From Myxococcota bacterium (GTDB taxonomy: Bacteria; Myxococcota_A; UBA796; UBA2385), in NCBI GenBank assembly GCA_044344255.1, contig JBIJDH010000004.1, positions 320,001-384,000 of the forward strand: a stretch of DNA of 64,000 nt, read 5' to 3'. Below, in pieces: positions 29,281 to 38,114 of this stretch; the stretch's first letter is position 1, and every line of letters starts with the position of its first letter. The translations under genes and the position numbers were made by a program. The notes under the pieces were generated by a model, which was not told where the DNA came from, ran no database searches, and worked only from the letters and a program-made list of their open reading frames with translations.

Positions 29281-32200
29281 GTCGTCTCGACATGTTTCAG
29301 AAGAACAAGGCCCAGAGCAGAGCGGAGCAGGCGAAACGAAGGCCCTGGTTGCCGCGCCTCCTCCGCGCGGTCCGAAACCTCGTGGTCGTCGGGGCCGTCC
29401 TCGGGGTGGTCGCTGCGGCGGTAGGCGGGTGGGCCTACCAAAAGTACGTGATCCGGGAGCCGGGCGAGCACATCTCCCGCGAAGCGATCCTCGCGGTGAT
29501 CGCCCAGGAGTCGCCGGTCCTGTATCGGGACGGTCAGACTCGTATCGGGACCTTCTTCGATCGCGAGCACCGAGAGTACGTGCCCTATGCCGAGATCCCT
29601 CGCGCCTGGGTCGATGCGATCGTCGCCGCCGAGGATCAGCGCTTCTGGGAGCACCCCGGCGTCGATCCGATCGGGATCGCACGCGCGATGGTGCAGAACG
29701 TCAAGGCTGGGAAGATGGTTGCAGGCGGGTCTAGCCTGACCCAACAGACGGCGAAGAACATTTATTATCGCCCCGATCGCTCCCTCCACAGCAAGGGGGT
29801 GGAGCTGATCAACGCCCTCCGTCTCGAAGCCCACCACTCGAAAGAGGAGATCCTCGAGTACTACGCGAACCAGTTTCACGTGAGCTCGAACGGTCGGGGC
29901 ATCGGGATCGCGGCTCGGTACCTCTTCGACAAAGAGGCGTCAGAGCTCAGTAAGCTCGAGTGTGCGTACGTGGCGGGGATGGTGAAGGCTCCGGCCACCT
30001 ACAACCCCTTCATCGGCGCCACGGAGGAGCGGCGCGCCGAGGCCCGGCGCCGGGCGAAGGCGCGCACCCGCTACGTGCTGGACCGCATGCTGTCGATGGG
30101 CACGCTGAGCGTCGCCGAGCACGCTAGCCTGATCGAGCAGGACATCCCCTTCCGTCGCGGCACCTTTCGTTACGACTCCAACGTCCTCATCGACGAGGTC
30201 GCGGCCCGCCTCGAGCAGCCTCCCTTCCCCCAGGTCTTCCGAGATCTGGGCATCGACAACCCCTCGACCGCGGGCATCTCGGTCGTCACCACCCTCGATC
30301 AGGGCGCTCAAGTCGAGGCCTCATGGTCCTTGTGGCATCACCTCTCCGATGTGGGCCCGCTGTTGGAGGGGCAGGACCTCGCGGCGCTGCGCCTCCCAGA
30401 GGATGCGGCGCCGGAGCCCGATCCGGACCACCCGCCGGGTCGCCATGAGTTTCGCGCGGGTCGAGTCGTCTCGGGCTCCACCACCCCTAAAGGGAGCCTG
30501 CTCCTCGATCTCGGGGGGACCCCTTGTACGGTGGACAGCGCTGCGCTGGATCGAATGGCCGGAATCCTCAACCGCGCCGGGTCAAAGCGTGGCTATAAAG
30601 CCGCCGACCTCGTGACGGGCCTCCCTGCCGGCACCCTGCTGTGGACCAGCGTCCGGGAGGTCGCCGGAGAGGGGGGGGGCGCGGCGGAGCGACGGTGTGA
30701 TCTTGAGGTCCGGCCCGCGCTCCAGGGCGCGATGATGCTGCTGGAGCAGGGGCAGATCCGCGCGATGGTGGGCGGAAATGACAACCGCAACTTCAACCGT
30801 GCCGTCACGGCCCAACGACAGCTCGGTAGTACCTGGAAGCCCATCCTCTACGCGGCGGCCCTCCAGCTCGGTTGGACCCCCTCCGACCTCTTGGACAATC
30901 GTCACAACGTCTTTCAGTTCGAAGGTACTTGGTATTATCCGCACCCCGACCACGCCCCCGAAGACGTGGTCTCGCTGGCCTGGGCGGGCACTCGCAGCGA
31001 GAATATCGCTAGTATCTGGCTGCTCTATCACCTCATTGATCGCCTCGATCCTGCCCAGCTCGAGGACATCGCCAAGCGGCTGGGGCTGGCGCCCCGCTCG
31101 GGGGAGGAGCCCGGGGCCTGGCTCGTCCGCGCCCGTGACGAGTACGGTGTGATCTCCACTCGGGATCGCATCCCGGAGATCGCCTGGAACGCAGCACGGG
31201 CTGATCTCCTCGCCGAGCTCGATCAGGCCGGTCGGGAGCGGGAGGCCTTGGAGCTGCGCTCTCTGTTTTACGGCCGAGGCACGGTGGCCGAAGAGGCGCG
31301 ACTGCGGAAGCGGTACGGCGGCACGGACCTCGGCCATCGCTTGCGCGCCTTGCGGTCCAACTGGCTCGGGGTCAATGCCGACGCCGAGCGATGTGAACCG
31401 CAGGTGGACGCGCTGATCGCCCTCGGCGCGTCGAAGAGCTCCGGCTTCGGCTTCTTTCAGCGTCGGGAGGAAGGGGGGGGCACCGATCCGGCGAGCTACG
31501 CCGAGCTGAGGGTTCGGGCGGTCGCGGAACGGCTGGAGGTGGCCTGCGGAGATCCCGGTGAGGACTGGGTCCCGGTCGATGACGTGCTCATCTCGACCTT
31601 GGCGCAGGGTGCGGGGCCGGAGCTCGCATCGAAGGAGGACGTGCAGGTGCGGGGCGCGGTCAGCCTCGGCACCATCGTGGCCCTCCGCCGCTCCCTCGAA
31701 CGGCGGGCGTTGGTCTTCGAGGATGCAGATCCCTACTCCATCGACGTCTTAGTTTACCACCCCGACTTCCGGGCGCTGGTCTCCATGCGCTACATGGCCG
31801 CCCTCTCCGCGCAGATGGGAATTCAGGAGGAGATCCCTCCGGTCCTCTCCCTCCCGCTAGGCGCGGTGGACATCCGCCTCGAAGAGGTCGCGGTGGCGTA
31901 TCAGACCCTCCTCGATGGCTCTCGGTGGTCCTTCCCCGGAGAGCGAAGCATGCCCGGGGCGGTGCCCGGCTTCCGCGCGACCGATCCGGTTCCCAGCCCG
32001 GGCGCGATCACCCAGCTCATCGCGGAGATCCGGGATCGGGACGGCCACGTCATCTACCGCGCGACGCCGAGGCCGTCGCCGGTGATGGACCCCGTCTCGG
32101 GGCAGCTCGTCGGGGATGTGCTCCGCAACGTCGTCCTCTGGGGCACCGGCCAGCGAGCGCGCAGCGCGGTGAAGCTCGGCGGCCTGCCCGTCCCCGTCGC

Positions 32201-32945
32201 GGGGAAGACCGGCACCACGAACGGGTACAAGAACGCTGCCTTCTGCGGCTTCATCCCGACGCTCGGCCCCGACGGATGGCGGTGGGGCCAAGGCTTCACG
32301 CTCGCGGCGTATGTGGGCTACGACGACAATCACCCCATGACCCGGGGTGGGCAGAAGCTGGCGGGCGCCAGCGGCGCCCTCCCCGCCTGGATCGGCCTCG
32401 CGCAGGGGCTCGCGGATCGGGGCCTGCTCGGGGAGGGGACCGCGACCTCCGCCGAGTGGGCGACCCCGGAGGGCTTCGCCCGGGTGCCCGTCTCGGGTCC
32501 GGGAGGCCTTCCCGCCACCGAGGTCGGAGAGGTCCAGGGGTCCATCCTCGTCAAGGTGGACTCCGGCTGGCTCTCGATCGGCGACGCCCCCGAGCGCAGG
32601 GTGGTGCCGGTTGAGCCCATCTCGCGGCTCGCGGCCCGCGGTGGGGCGAGCGATCTCGCCGCAAATCCCTCCGGCGTCGACGTCGGAGCGGTGCCCGGCC
32701 AGGCCGGGACGAAGGGCGAGTACAGCGAGGCCGAGCTCCGTCAGATCTGGGTGGAGGAGATGGGCGGACCGCCTCCGGCGGCGCTCTTCCAAGACGGGGC
32801 CGCGCCCTTGCCCGCGCCGGAGGGCCCCGACGAAGGGGCCGCGCCGCTGGCCAGCCCCCCCGACCCTGTCGATGCTGCGCCGGGGGCCGGCACACCAGAC
32901 ACCGGGATCGTGCCGCGCATCACGCCCGGTGAGGGCCCCCCCTGA
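29277..32945 (+). CDS. Class A penicillin-binding protein (PBP1A-like) with large insertions
   Basis: TM anchor; EDQRFWEHPG and GGSSLTQQ (transglycosylase); STWK, SEN, KTGT (transpeptidase). Confidence 0.9.
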   Translation: MSRLDMFQKNKAQSRAEQAKRRPWLPRLLRAVRNLVVVGAVLGVVAAAVGGWAYQKYVIREPGEHISREAILAVIAQESPVLYRDGQTRIGTFFDREHREYVPYAEIPRAWVDAIVAAEDQRFWEHPGVDPIGIARAMVQNVKAGKMVAGGSSLTQQTAKNIYYRPDRSLHSKGVELINALRLEAHHSKEEILEYYANQFHVSSNGRGIGIAARYLFDKEASELSKLECAYVAGMVKAPATYNPFIGATEERRAEARRRAKARTRYVLDRMLSMGTLSVAEHASLIEQDIPFRRGTFRYDSNVLIDEVAARLEQPPFPQVFRDLGIDNPSTAGISVVTTLDQGAQVEASWSLWHHLSDVGPLLEGQDLAALRLPEDAAPEPDPDHPPGRHEFRAGRVVSGSTTPKGSLLLDLGGTPCTVDSAALDRMAGILNRAGSKRGYKAADLVTGLPAGTLLWTSVREVAGEGGGAAERRCDLEVRPALQGAMMLLEQGQIRAMVGGNDNRNFNRAVTAQRQLGSTWKPILYAAALQLGWTPSDLLDNRHNVFQFEGTWYYPHPDHAPEDVVSLAWAGTRSENIASIWLLYHLIDRLDPAQLEDIAKRLGLAPRSGEEPGAWLVRARDEYGVISTRDRIPEIAWNAARADLLAELDQAGREREALELRSLFYGRGTVAEEARLRKRYGGTDLGHRLRALRSNWLGVNADAERCEPQVDALIALGASKSSGFGFFQRREEGGGTDPASYAELRVRAVAERLEVACGDPGEDWVPVDDVLISTLAQGAGPELASKEDVQVRGAVSLGTIVALRRSLERRALVFEDADPYSIDVLVYHPDFRALVSMRYMAALSAQMGIQEEIPPVLSLPLGAVDIRLEEVAVAYQTLLDGSRWSFPGERSMPGAVPGFRATDPVPSPGAITQLIAEIRDRDGHVIYRATPRPSPVMDPVSGQLVGDVLRNVVLWGTGQRARSAVKLGGLPVPVAGKTGTTNGYKNAAFCGFIPTLGPDGWRWGQGFTLAAYVGYDDNHPMTRGGQKLAGASGALPAWIGLAQGLADRGLLGEGTATSAEWATPEGFARVPVSGPGGLPATEVGEVQGSILVKVDSGWLSIGDAPERRVVPVEPISRLAARGGASDLAANPSGVDVGAVPGQAGTKGEYSEAELRQIWVEEMGGPPPAALFQDGAAPLPAPEGPDEGAAPLASPPDPVDAAPGAGTPDTGIVPRITPGEGPP

Positions 32946-33042
32946 CGGGCGGAGGTTGGGTTAGTCGCCGCGGATGTCCGGCAGCCGCCCGCCTCTTGGT
33001 CCGCCCTTCCGAACCTCACTTGGGTCGGCGGTGGCGCGCCTC

Positions 33043-33957
33043 ATGCGGCCGCTCCTCGGCGGGCTGGGCTGGATCAGCGCCTTGCTGCTCTTCGGCGTGC
33101 CCGGCTGCGTGATGCGCTACGGCGAGGCCCCTCGCTCGGCCGCCGACATCGCCGCAGAGCAGGTCGATCTGGCGCCGATCGAGGCCAAGCTCGAGGCGAT
33201 GATCGAGGTTGAAACACAGCTCGATCGAAGGGACAACCTGGAGGCGGCGCGTGCGCTCTCCCGTGATCTTAAGACGGCTGACGCCAGCGCCCAAGCCGCG
33301 TTGCGGGTCTACCTCGAGGCCCTCGTGCAGATCATGGAGCGGGACGAGCCGGTCCCGTTGGTGGCGTCAGAGCTGGTGGACGGGGGCGTGGCCTTTGACT
33401 CGCCGAACGCCGTAGAGGTCGACGCGGCCGAGCCCTCCGTGGAGCCCGCGCCGCCGGCAGAAGGGGAGGGGGCCCGCGTCGAGCCCGCCGTGGAGGCCGC
33501 GGTCGAGGCCCCGGTCGAGGTCCCGGCCGAGGTCCCGGCCGAGGCCCCGGTCGAGAGCCCCGCCTCCGGATCGGCGCCCCCGGCCGCAGAGCCGCCGATC
33601 ACCCGGCCGCCCGGGGAGCTGCTCGCGCTCGCTCGTGCTCACCTCAAGGCGAATGAGTCGGAGCAGGCGCTCGCCCTGCTCGAGACCTGCCCCCAGCGGA
33701 GCTGCGGCAACGCGGGTGTCCGCCTGCGCGCCGAGGTGTGCGCCGCCTGGACGCTCGGGGAGCGCCGGGTCACCACCCGGCAGCAGGAGGCGGCGGGCAG
33801 GGAGCCCGATCCGACGGCCCGTGACGCCCTGCTGCGACAGGTCGAGGCCGACCTCGAGGAGATCATCCGCCGTTGCCCCGAGACGGCCACTGGCGCCCGG
33901 AACCAGCTCGATCGGGTGAGGGCGGAGCGGGTGAGCGCCGCCGCAGGCCGCCCCTGA
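33043..33957 (+). CDS. Hypothetical lipoprotein with a Pro/Glu/Ala linker and helical C-terminal domain
   Basis: Hydrophobic N-terminus ending VPGC; co-oriented ORF filling the gap. Confidence 0.55.
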   Translation: MRPLLGGLGWISALLLFGVPGCVMRYGEAPRSAADIAAEQVDLAPIEAKLEAMIEVETQLDRRDNLEAARALSRDLKTADASAQAALRVYLEALVQIMERDEPVPLVASELVDGGVAFDSPNAVEVDAAEPSVEPAPPAEGEGARVEPAVEAAVEAPVEVPAEVPAEAPVESPASGSAPPAAEPPITRPPGELLALARAHLKANESEQALALLETCPQRSCGNAGVRLRAEVCAAWTLGERRVTTRQQEAAGREPDPTARDALLRQVEADLEEIIRRCPETATGARNQLDRVRAERVSAAAGRP

Positions 33958-34151
33958 TGGAGCCCCGCGCCCTCCTCGTCGGGGGCGTCATCCTGCTGGA
34001 CGTCGGGCTCGCGACGGCCCTCTTCGTCGCGGCGGCGAGGCCCGCGACGGAGGGCCCGGCGGACCGCCGATTGTTCGCCATCTCCCTTTGTGTTCTCTTC
34101 TTGCTGAGCGTCGTCACGGGCGTGCTGATCTCCCTCACGGGACGCCTTTGA
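33957..34151 (+). CDS. Small two-helix membrane protein
   Basis: TGATG overlap with the previous gene; two hydrophobic segments. Confidence 0.5.
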   Translation: MEPRALLVGGVILLDVGLATALFVAAARPATEGPADRRLFAISLCVLFLLSVVTGVLISLTGRL

Positions 34152-34176
34152 CAGCGCTGGGGGCCTGCATTAGTAG
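34148..34176 (+). promoter_or_regulatory. sigma70-type promoter of tRNA-Met
   Basis: TTGACA-17 nt-TAGTAG, ending 11 nt before the tRNA. Confidence 0.7.
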
Positions 34177-34187
34177 GCGGACGTTCT

Positions 34188-34261
34188 GGCTCGGTAGCTC
34201 AGCTGGTTAGAGCATGCGCTTCATAAGCGCAGTGTCGGCGGTTCAAGTCCGCCCCGAGCCA
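34188..34261 (+). tRNA. tRNA with CAT anticodon, probably elongator tRNA-Met; CCA not encoded
   Basis: GGCTCGG/CCGAGCC acceptor stem (paired 1-72); arm TGCGC-TTCATAA-GCGCA; T-loop TTCAAGT. Confidence 0.9.
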
Positions 34262-34291
34262 TACCCCTTATCATCGTCATTGTTTTTGGAG

Positions 34292-34326
34292 AGGCCGATC
34301 GCACACTGTGCGTCGGCCTTTTTTTT
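34292..34326 (+). terminator. Intrinsic terminator after the tRNA
   Basis: Stem AGGCCGA(T)CGCAC/GTGCGTCGGCCT followed by a T run. Confidence 0.85.
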
Positions 34327-34487
34327 GGCCAGGCATTCCCCGTCGCCTCCGGCATCCTCGCTCCAGTCATTGGTTGCGAGAACGTCACGACAGAGGCCGG
34401 ACCTGCGGCGGGGGTAACGAATAGGGGCGCGGTCACCCGACCTCGGGGCTCCCTCCTCTCCGCCACGCGGGGAGATCTGGATCGCGC

Positions 34488-35735
34488 ATGAAGATTCGTC
34501 CCTTCTCGGTGTTGTTCGTCCTGGCCGCTGCGGCTGGCCTGGTGTTCGCCAGCTTCTCGACCCACGACTTCGTTCAGCACCTCGACCGCCAGCTCCACGA
34601 CATCACCTGTTCGTGGGTGCCCGGCGTGATCGCGTCGGACTCGAGCGCCACCTCGGGCTGCCACGTCACCTTGATGAGCCCCTACTCGTCGGTGCTCCGC
34701 GAGCAGGTGTGGGGCGGCTTGCCGATCGCCCTGCCCGGGATGGCGGTCTTCGCCTTCCTGCTGTTTCGCGGCCTCGACCTCGTCGCCAACGGAAAGGGCC
34801 GAAGCAAGGCGGCGACCACCTTCCTGTTGCTCGCGACGGCCGTGCCGGTCCTGACCTCGGCGGTCATGGGCTACCTGTCCATCGTCGAGCTCGACGCCGC
34901 GTGCCGGCTCTGCATCGGCATCTACATCTCGAGCCTCGTGTGCTTCGCGAGCGCGATCGGGATCTGGCGTGACGCGGGCCGGCCCTTCGAGGATGGCGAG
35001 ACAGAGCCCGACCCCGCGGAAGAGCCGCAGAACCCGATGAGCCACCACCTCCTCGGGGTGGGCCAGGGTGTGGCCTTCGTGGCCGTGCCGGCGCTGCTCT
35101 ACCTCGTCGGAGCTCCCGACTTCTCGAGCTACCTCGGCAAGTGTGGCGCGCTCGAGAAGCCGGAGGACAGCTACGGCATCATGGTGCCGCTGGGCGCGCA
35201 GGGCCGGGGCCTCGCCACCATCGAGGTCTTCGATCCGCTGTGCCCCGCCTGTAAGGGCTTCGAGGAGCGCCTCGACATGAGCGGCCTCGGCGACAAGCTG
35301 AGCCGCAAGGCCGTGCTCTTCCCGCTGGACGAGGCCTGCAATTGGATGGTCAAGGGCTCGCTCCACCCCGGAGCTTGCACCGTCAGCGAGGCCATCTTCT
35401 GCGCCGGAGACAAGGCGGAGTCGGTGATCGACTGGGCCTTCGAGAACCAGGAGCTGATCCGCAGCTCCACGGCGGCGGACAAGGACGCCGCCGCTCGGAT
35501 GGTGGTCGCTCGTTTCCCCGAGCTGAAGAGCTGCGTGGGCGGCGCGGCCGTGAAGAACAAGATCAACAAGTCGCTGCGGTGGGCGGTGAACAATCAGCTC
35601 CGCATCTCGACACCCCAGCTCTTCGTCGAAGGCACGCGGCTGTGCGACGAAGACACCGATCTCGGCATGGACTACGCGCTCTCTCGGCTGATCGAGCAGC
35701 GGGCCGCCGGCGCCAAGCCCGGCCAGGGAGGTTGA
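34488..35735 (+). CDS. Vitamin K epoxide reductase (VKOR) family protein fused to a DsbA-like thioredoxin domain
   Basis: Loop Cys pair (ITC...SGC), SPYS, TM CRLC motif; C-terminal CPAC and STP cis-Pro motif. Confidence 0.85.
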   Translation: MKIRPFSVLFVLAAAAGLVFASFSTHDFVQHLDRQLHDITCSWVPGVIASDSSATSGCHVTLMSPYSSVLREQVWGGLPIALPGMAVFAFLLFRGLDLVANGKGRSKAATTFLLLATAVPVLTSAVMGYLSIVELDAACRLCIGIYISSLVCFASAIGIWRDAGRPFEDGETEPDPAEEPQNPMSHHLLGVGQGVAFVAVPALLYLVGAPDFSSYLGKCGALEKPEDSYGIMVPLGAQGRGLATIEVFDPLCPACKGFEERLDMSGLGDKLSRKAVLFPLDEACNWMVKGSLHPGACTVSEAIFCAGDKAESVIDWAFENQELIRSSTAADKDAAARMVVARFPELKSCVGGAAVKNKINKSLRWAVNNQLRISTPQLFVEGTRLCDEDTDLGMDYALSRLIEQRAAGAKPGQGG

Positions 35736-35736
35736 G

Positions 35737-36432
35737 ATGGGCGCAGGACTTCACTTCGGACTCGCAGGGGTCTCTCTGCTGTTCCCCACCGTGCTGCTCG
35801 CCTCGTGGATGAACAGCGCCAGCCATCGCCTCACTGAGGCCGAGGCCGCCCCGACGGCCGACGCCGGGGCGCCGGTCGCATCGGCCGCCGATGAGGGCTA
35901 CTGCACCGCGGACATCAAGAAGGTGCTGCGCCGCGTCCTCATGAGCTGCGGGCTCGCGGGCGCCGGGGGTGGCCGCGGCTGCGCCCCGATGGAGGCCAAG
36001 AACGTGGCCACGATGGCCGGGGACGACTTCAACGCCCTCTTCCTGCCGCTGGCGTCCCGGGCGGGCATCATCCAGTTCGACAAGAACTCGACCGAGCTCG
36101 ACCCGAGCGATCTGGGCCTCATCGACAAGCTCTTCGCCGATCGGCGGGGTGCCAGCTACTTCCTCGTCGTGTCCCGCTCGAGCCCCGAGGGCTCGGTGGA
36201 CCACAACCGCGAGCTCTCGGAGCAGCGCGGCCAGGGGGTGCTCGGCCACCTCGAGACCACCTTCAAGGACCCTGACCTCAACAAGCAGGTCGGCCTGCTC
36301 TCGCTCGGAGAGGAGTACGCCCAGCTCAACGAGGGCTTCTGCTCCTGGCAGCGCAGCGGCGAGGTCGCGCAGTGCAACCCCGAAGACCTCAATCGGAGCA
36401 CCTTCGTCGCATGGATCGACTGCACCCTCTGA
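35737..36432 (+). CDS. Cys-rich exported protein with a degenerate OmpA-like C-terminal domain
   Basis: IQFDKNSTEL and EGSVDHNRELSEQRG (NxxLSxxR); six Cys. Confidence 0.6.
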   Translation: MGAGLHFGLAGVSLLFPTVLLASWMNSASHRLTEAEAAPTADAGAPVASAADEGYCTADIKKVLRRVLMSCGLAGAGGGRGCAPMEAKNVATMAGDDFNALFLPLASRAGIIQFDKNSTELDPSDLGLIDKLFADRRGASYFLVVSRSSPEGSVDHNRELSEQRGQGVLGHLETTFKDPDLNKQVGLLSLGEEYAQLNEGFCSWQRSGEVAQCNPEDLNRSTFVAWIDCTL

Positions 36433-36452
36433 TCCTCTCCCGGAAGAACGCT

Positions 36453-37082
36453 GTGAGCACCTCGCCCTCTGCCCGTCGCTCCGCGCCCGGCCGTCCTGTC
36501 TCCCCGCTGGTCCTCCTGTTCCTCACGGGCCTCGTCGCCTGCGAGGGCGGCGGCGCCCCGGCCCCGGCCGGCCCGGCCCCTTCTCGGGTCGATAGCGTCG
36601 CAGCGCAGCCGAAGAAGGCGGTAAACCTGGACTCCTTCTGCGAGACCGGCCGGAAGTCGGTGGTCCCCCTCCAGTACCCCGTGACCGACGAGCCCGCGCC
36701 GGCCACCACCGGCGGCTGGACCTGGGTGAACGTCTGGGCGACTTGGTGCGGCCCCTGCATCGAGGAGATGCCGACCATCCAGAAGTGGGAGGCCCGCCTC
36801 GCGAGCGAGGGGGCGCCCATCCGGGTGCAGCTCATGAGCGCCGATGAGCAGGTGACGGCGCTGCAAGGCTTCAAGGCCAAGCACCCGGACTGGCCGTCGA
36901 GCCTCCACATGACCGACGCCAAGGCCCTCGAGGCCTGGACGGTGCAGTCGGGCCTGGGCACCGGGCCGGTGCTGCCGATTCACCTCTTCGTCGATCCGCA
37001 GGGCCAGATCCGCTGCTCAAAGATGGGGGCGCTCTCGCCGACCGACTACGAGGCCATCAAAGCCGTGGTTCAGGGCGGCTGA
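36453..37082 (+). CDS. TlpA/ResA-family thiol-disulfide oxidoreductase lipoprotein
   Basis: LVAC lipobox; VNVWATWCGPCIEEMP; LP..LFVDPQG. Confidence 0.88.
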   Translation: MSTSPSARRSAPGRPVSPLVLLFLTGLVACEGGGAPAPAGPAPSRVDSVAAQPKKAVNLDSFCETGRKSVVPLQYPVTDEPAPATTGGWTWVNVWATWCGPCIEEMPTIQKWEARLASEGAPIRVQLMSADEQVTALQGFKAKHPDWPSSLHMTDAKALEAWTVQSGLGTGPVLPIHLFVDPQGQIRCSKMGALSPTDYEAIKAVVQGG

Positions 37083-37097
37083 TCCAAGCTGGCGCAG

Positions 37098-37126
37098 GCC
37101 TCCTGCTCCAATTTGGAGCAGGAGGC
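37098..37126. promoter_or_regulatory. Perfect palindrome, candidate enhancer-binding-protein site
   Basis: GCCTCCTGCTCCAA-T-TTGGAGCAGGAGGC; the core TGCTCCA-N3-TGGAGCA resembles the NtrC site TGCACCA-N3-TGGTGCA. Confidence 0.6.
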
Positions 37127-37160
37127 GGCGAGCCTCATCCAAAGTCCGCCGCCTCCCGTT

Positions 37161-37176
37161 CGGCACGCCCCTTGCT
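37161..37176 (+). promoter_or_regulatory. sigma54 (-24/-12) promoter
   Basis: CGGCACGCCCCTTGCT has GG-N10-GC spacing and matches TGGCACG-N4-TTGCW at all but the first base. Confidence 0.8.
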
Positions 37177-37230
37177 CTCCGGTCTGTCCGTCCACCCTTC
37201 GGTGGGCGTCACCCGAGAGAGGAGTGCCGA

Positions 37231-38049
37231 ATGAAGGTTCGATTCTGGGGCGTACGAGGCAGCATCGCGGTCAGCGGTCCCGCGACCTTGCAGACGGGCG
37301 GCAACACTGCCTGTGTCGAGTTGGAGCACGAGGGGCACCGCCTCGTGCTCGACGCGGGGACCGGGATCCGAGCGCTGGGCGCTGCGCTCGGTTGCTGCCC
37401 GATCCCCGTCTCGATCTTGTTCAGCCACGTCCATTGGGATCACATCCAAGGGCTGCCCTTCTTTTTGCCCGCCTTCCACCCGGGCGCCTCGCTCGACCTG
37501 TACGGTGCCACCCGCAGCTCGGGCGGACTCCGAGAGGCCTTGGTCCGGCAGATGCGGCCCCCACAGTTCCCCGTGCCCTTTGATCGGCTCCCGGCGGCGG
37601 TCAGGGTGCACGAGCTGCGGGCGGCCGAGCCCTTCGAGGTTGGTCCCTTTCGGGTCACCCCCTCCGAGCTCAACCACCCCGACGGGGTGCTGGCCTACCG
37701 GGTGGAGGCGGGGGGCCGCACTGTCACCTACGCGACGGATCACGAGCACGGCGATCACATCGACGCCCGCCTCGTCGCGCTCGCCGAGGGCTCCGATCTC
37801 CTGGTGCACGACGCCCAGTTCACCGACGAGGAGTACCGCGGGCTCACCGGGCCGGGCCGTCGCGGATGGGGGCACTCCACCTGGCAGCAGGCCGTGGGGG
37901 TCGCGAAAGCGGCGGAGGCGGGGCGCCTGGCCCTCTTCCACCACGATCCCGGTCGGGACGACCTCGGGGTCGCCCGCATCGAGACCTGGGCCAGCCTCGC
38001 GCGCCCCACCGCCTTCGCGGCGCGAGAAGGGGAGACGGTCTCGCTTTGA
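37231..38049 (+). CDS. Metallo-beta-lactamase-fold hydrolase (phosphodiesterase-like)
   Basis: FWGVRGS, GGNTAC, DAGTG, HVHWDHIQGLPFF, GWGHS, FHHDP. Confidence 0.9.
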   Translation: MKVRFWGVRGSIAVSGPATLQTGGNTACVELEHEGHRLVLDAGTGIRALGAALGCCPIPVSILFSHVHWDHIQGLPFFLPAFHPGASLDLYGATRSSGGLREALVRQMRPPQFPVPFDRLPAAVRVHELRAAEPFEVGPFRVTPSELNHPDGVLAYRVEAGGRTVTYATDHEHGDHIDARLVALAEGSDLLVHDAQFTDEEYRGLTGPGRRGWGHSTWQQAVGVAKAAEAGRLALFHHDPGRDDLGVARIETWASLARPTAFAAREGETVSL

Positions 38050-38114
38050 CCCCGGCGCCATCGACCCATAGGGGAGCGCTGGTGCTGAGGCGCGCGTTGG
38101 CCCGCGTCTCCGGC

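Noticed and set aside
34188..34261. Initiator tRNA-fMet or tRNA-Ile2 identity
   Set aside because: Positions 1-72 are paired and the anticodon stem lacks the three consecutive G-C pairs of initiators. The acceptor stem looks more like elongator Met, though Ile2 is not fully excluded.
27231..34330. Genomic island integrated at tRNA-Cys or tRNA-Met
   Set aside because: No integrase and no duplicated tRNA 3' end were seen, and the genes between are core envelope functions.
37090..37107. Second sigma54 promoter at TGGCGCAGGCCTCCTGC
   Set aside because: The GG-to-GC spacing is not 10 nt; the site at 37161 fits properly.
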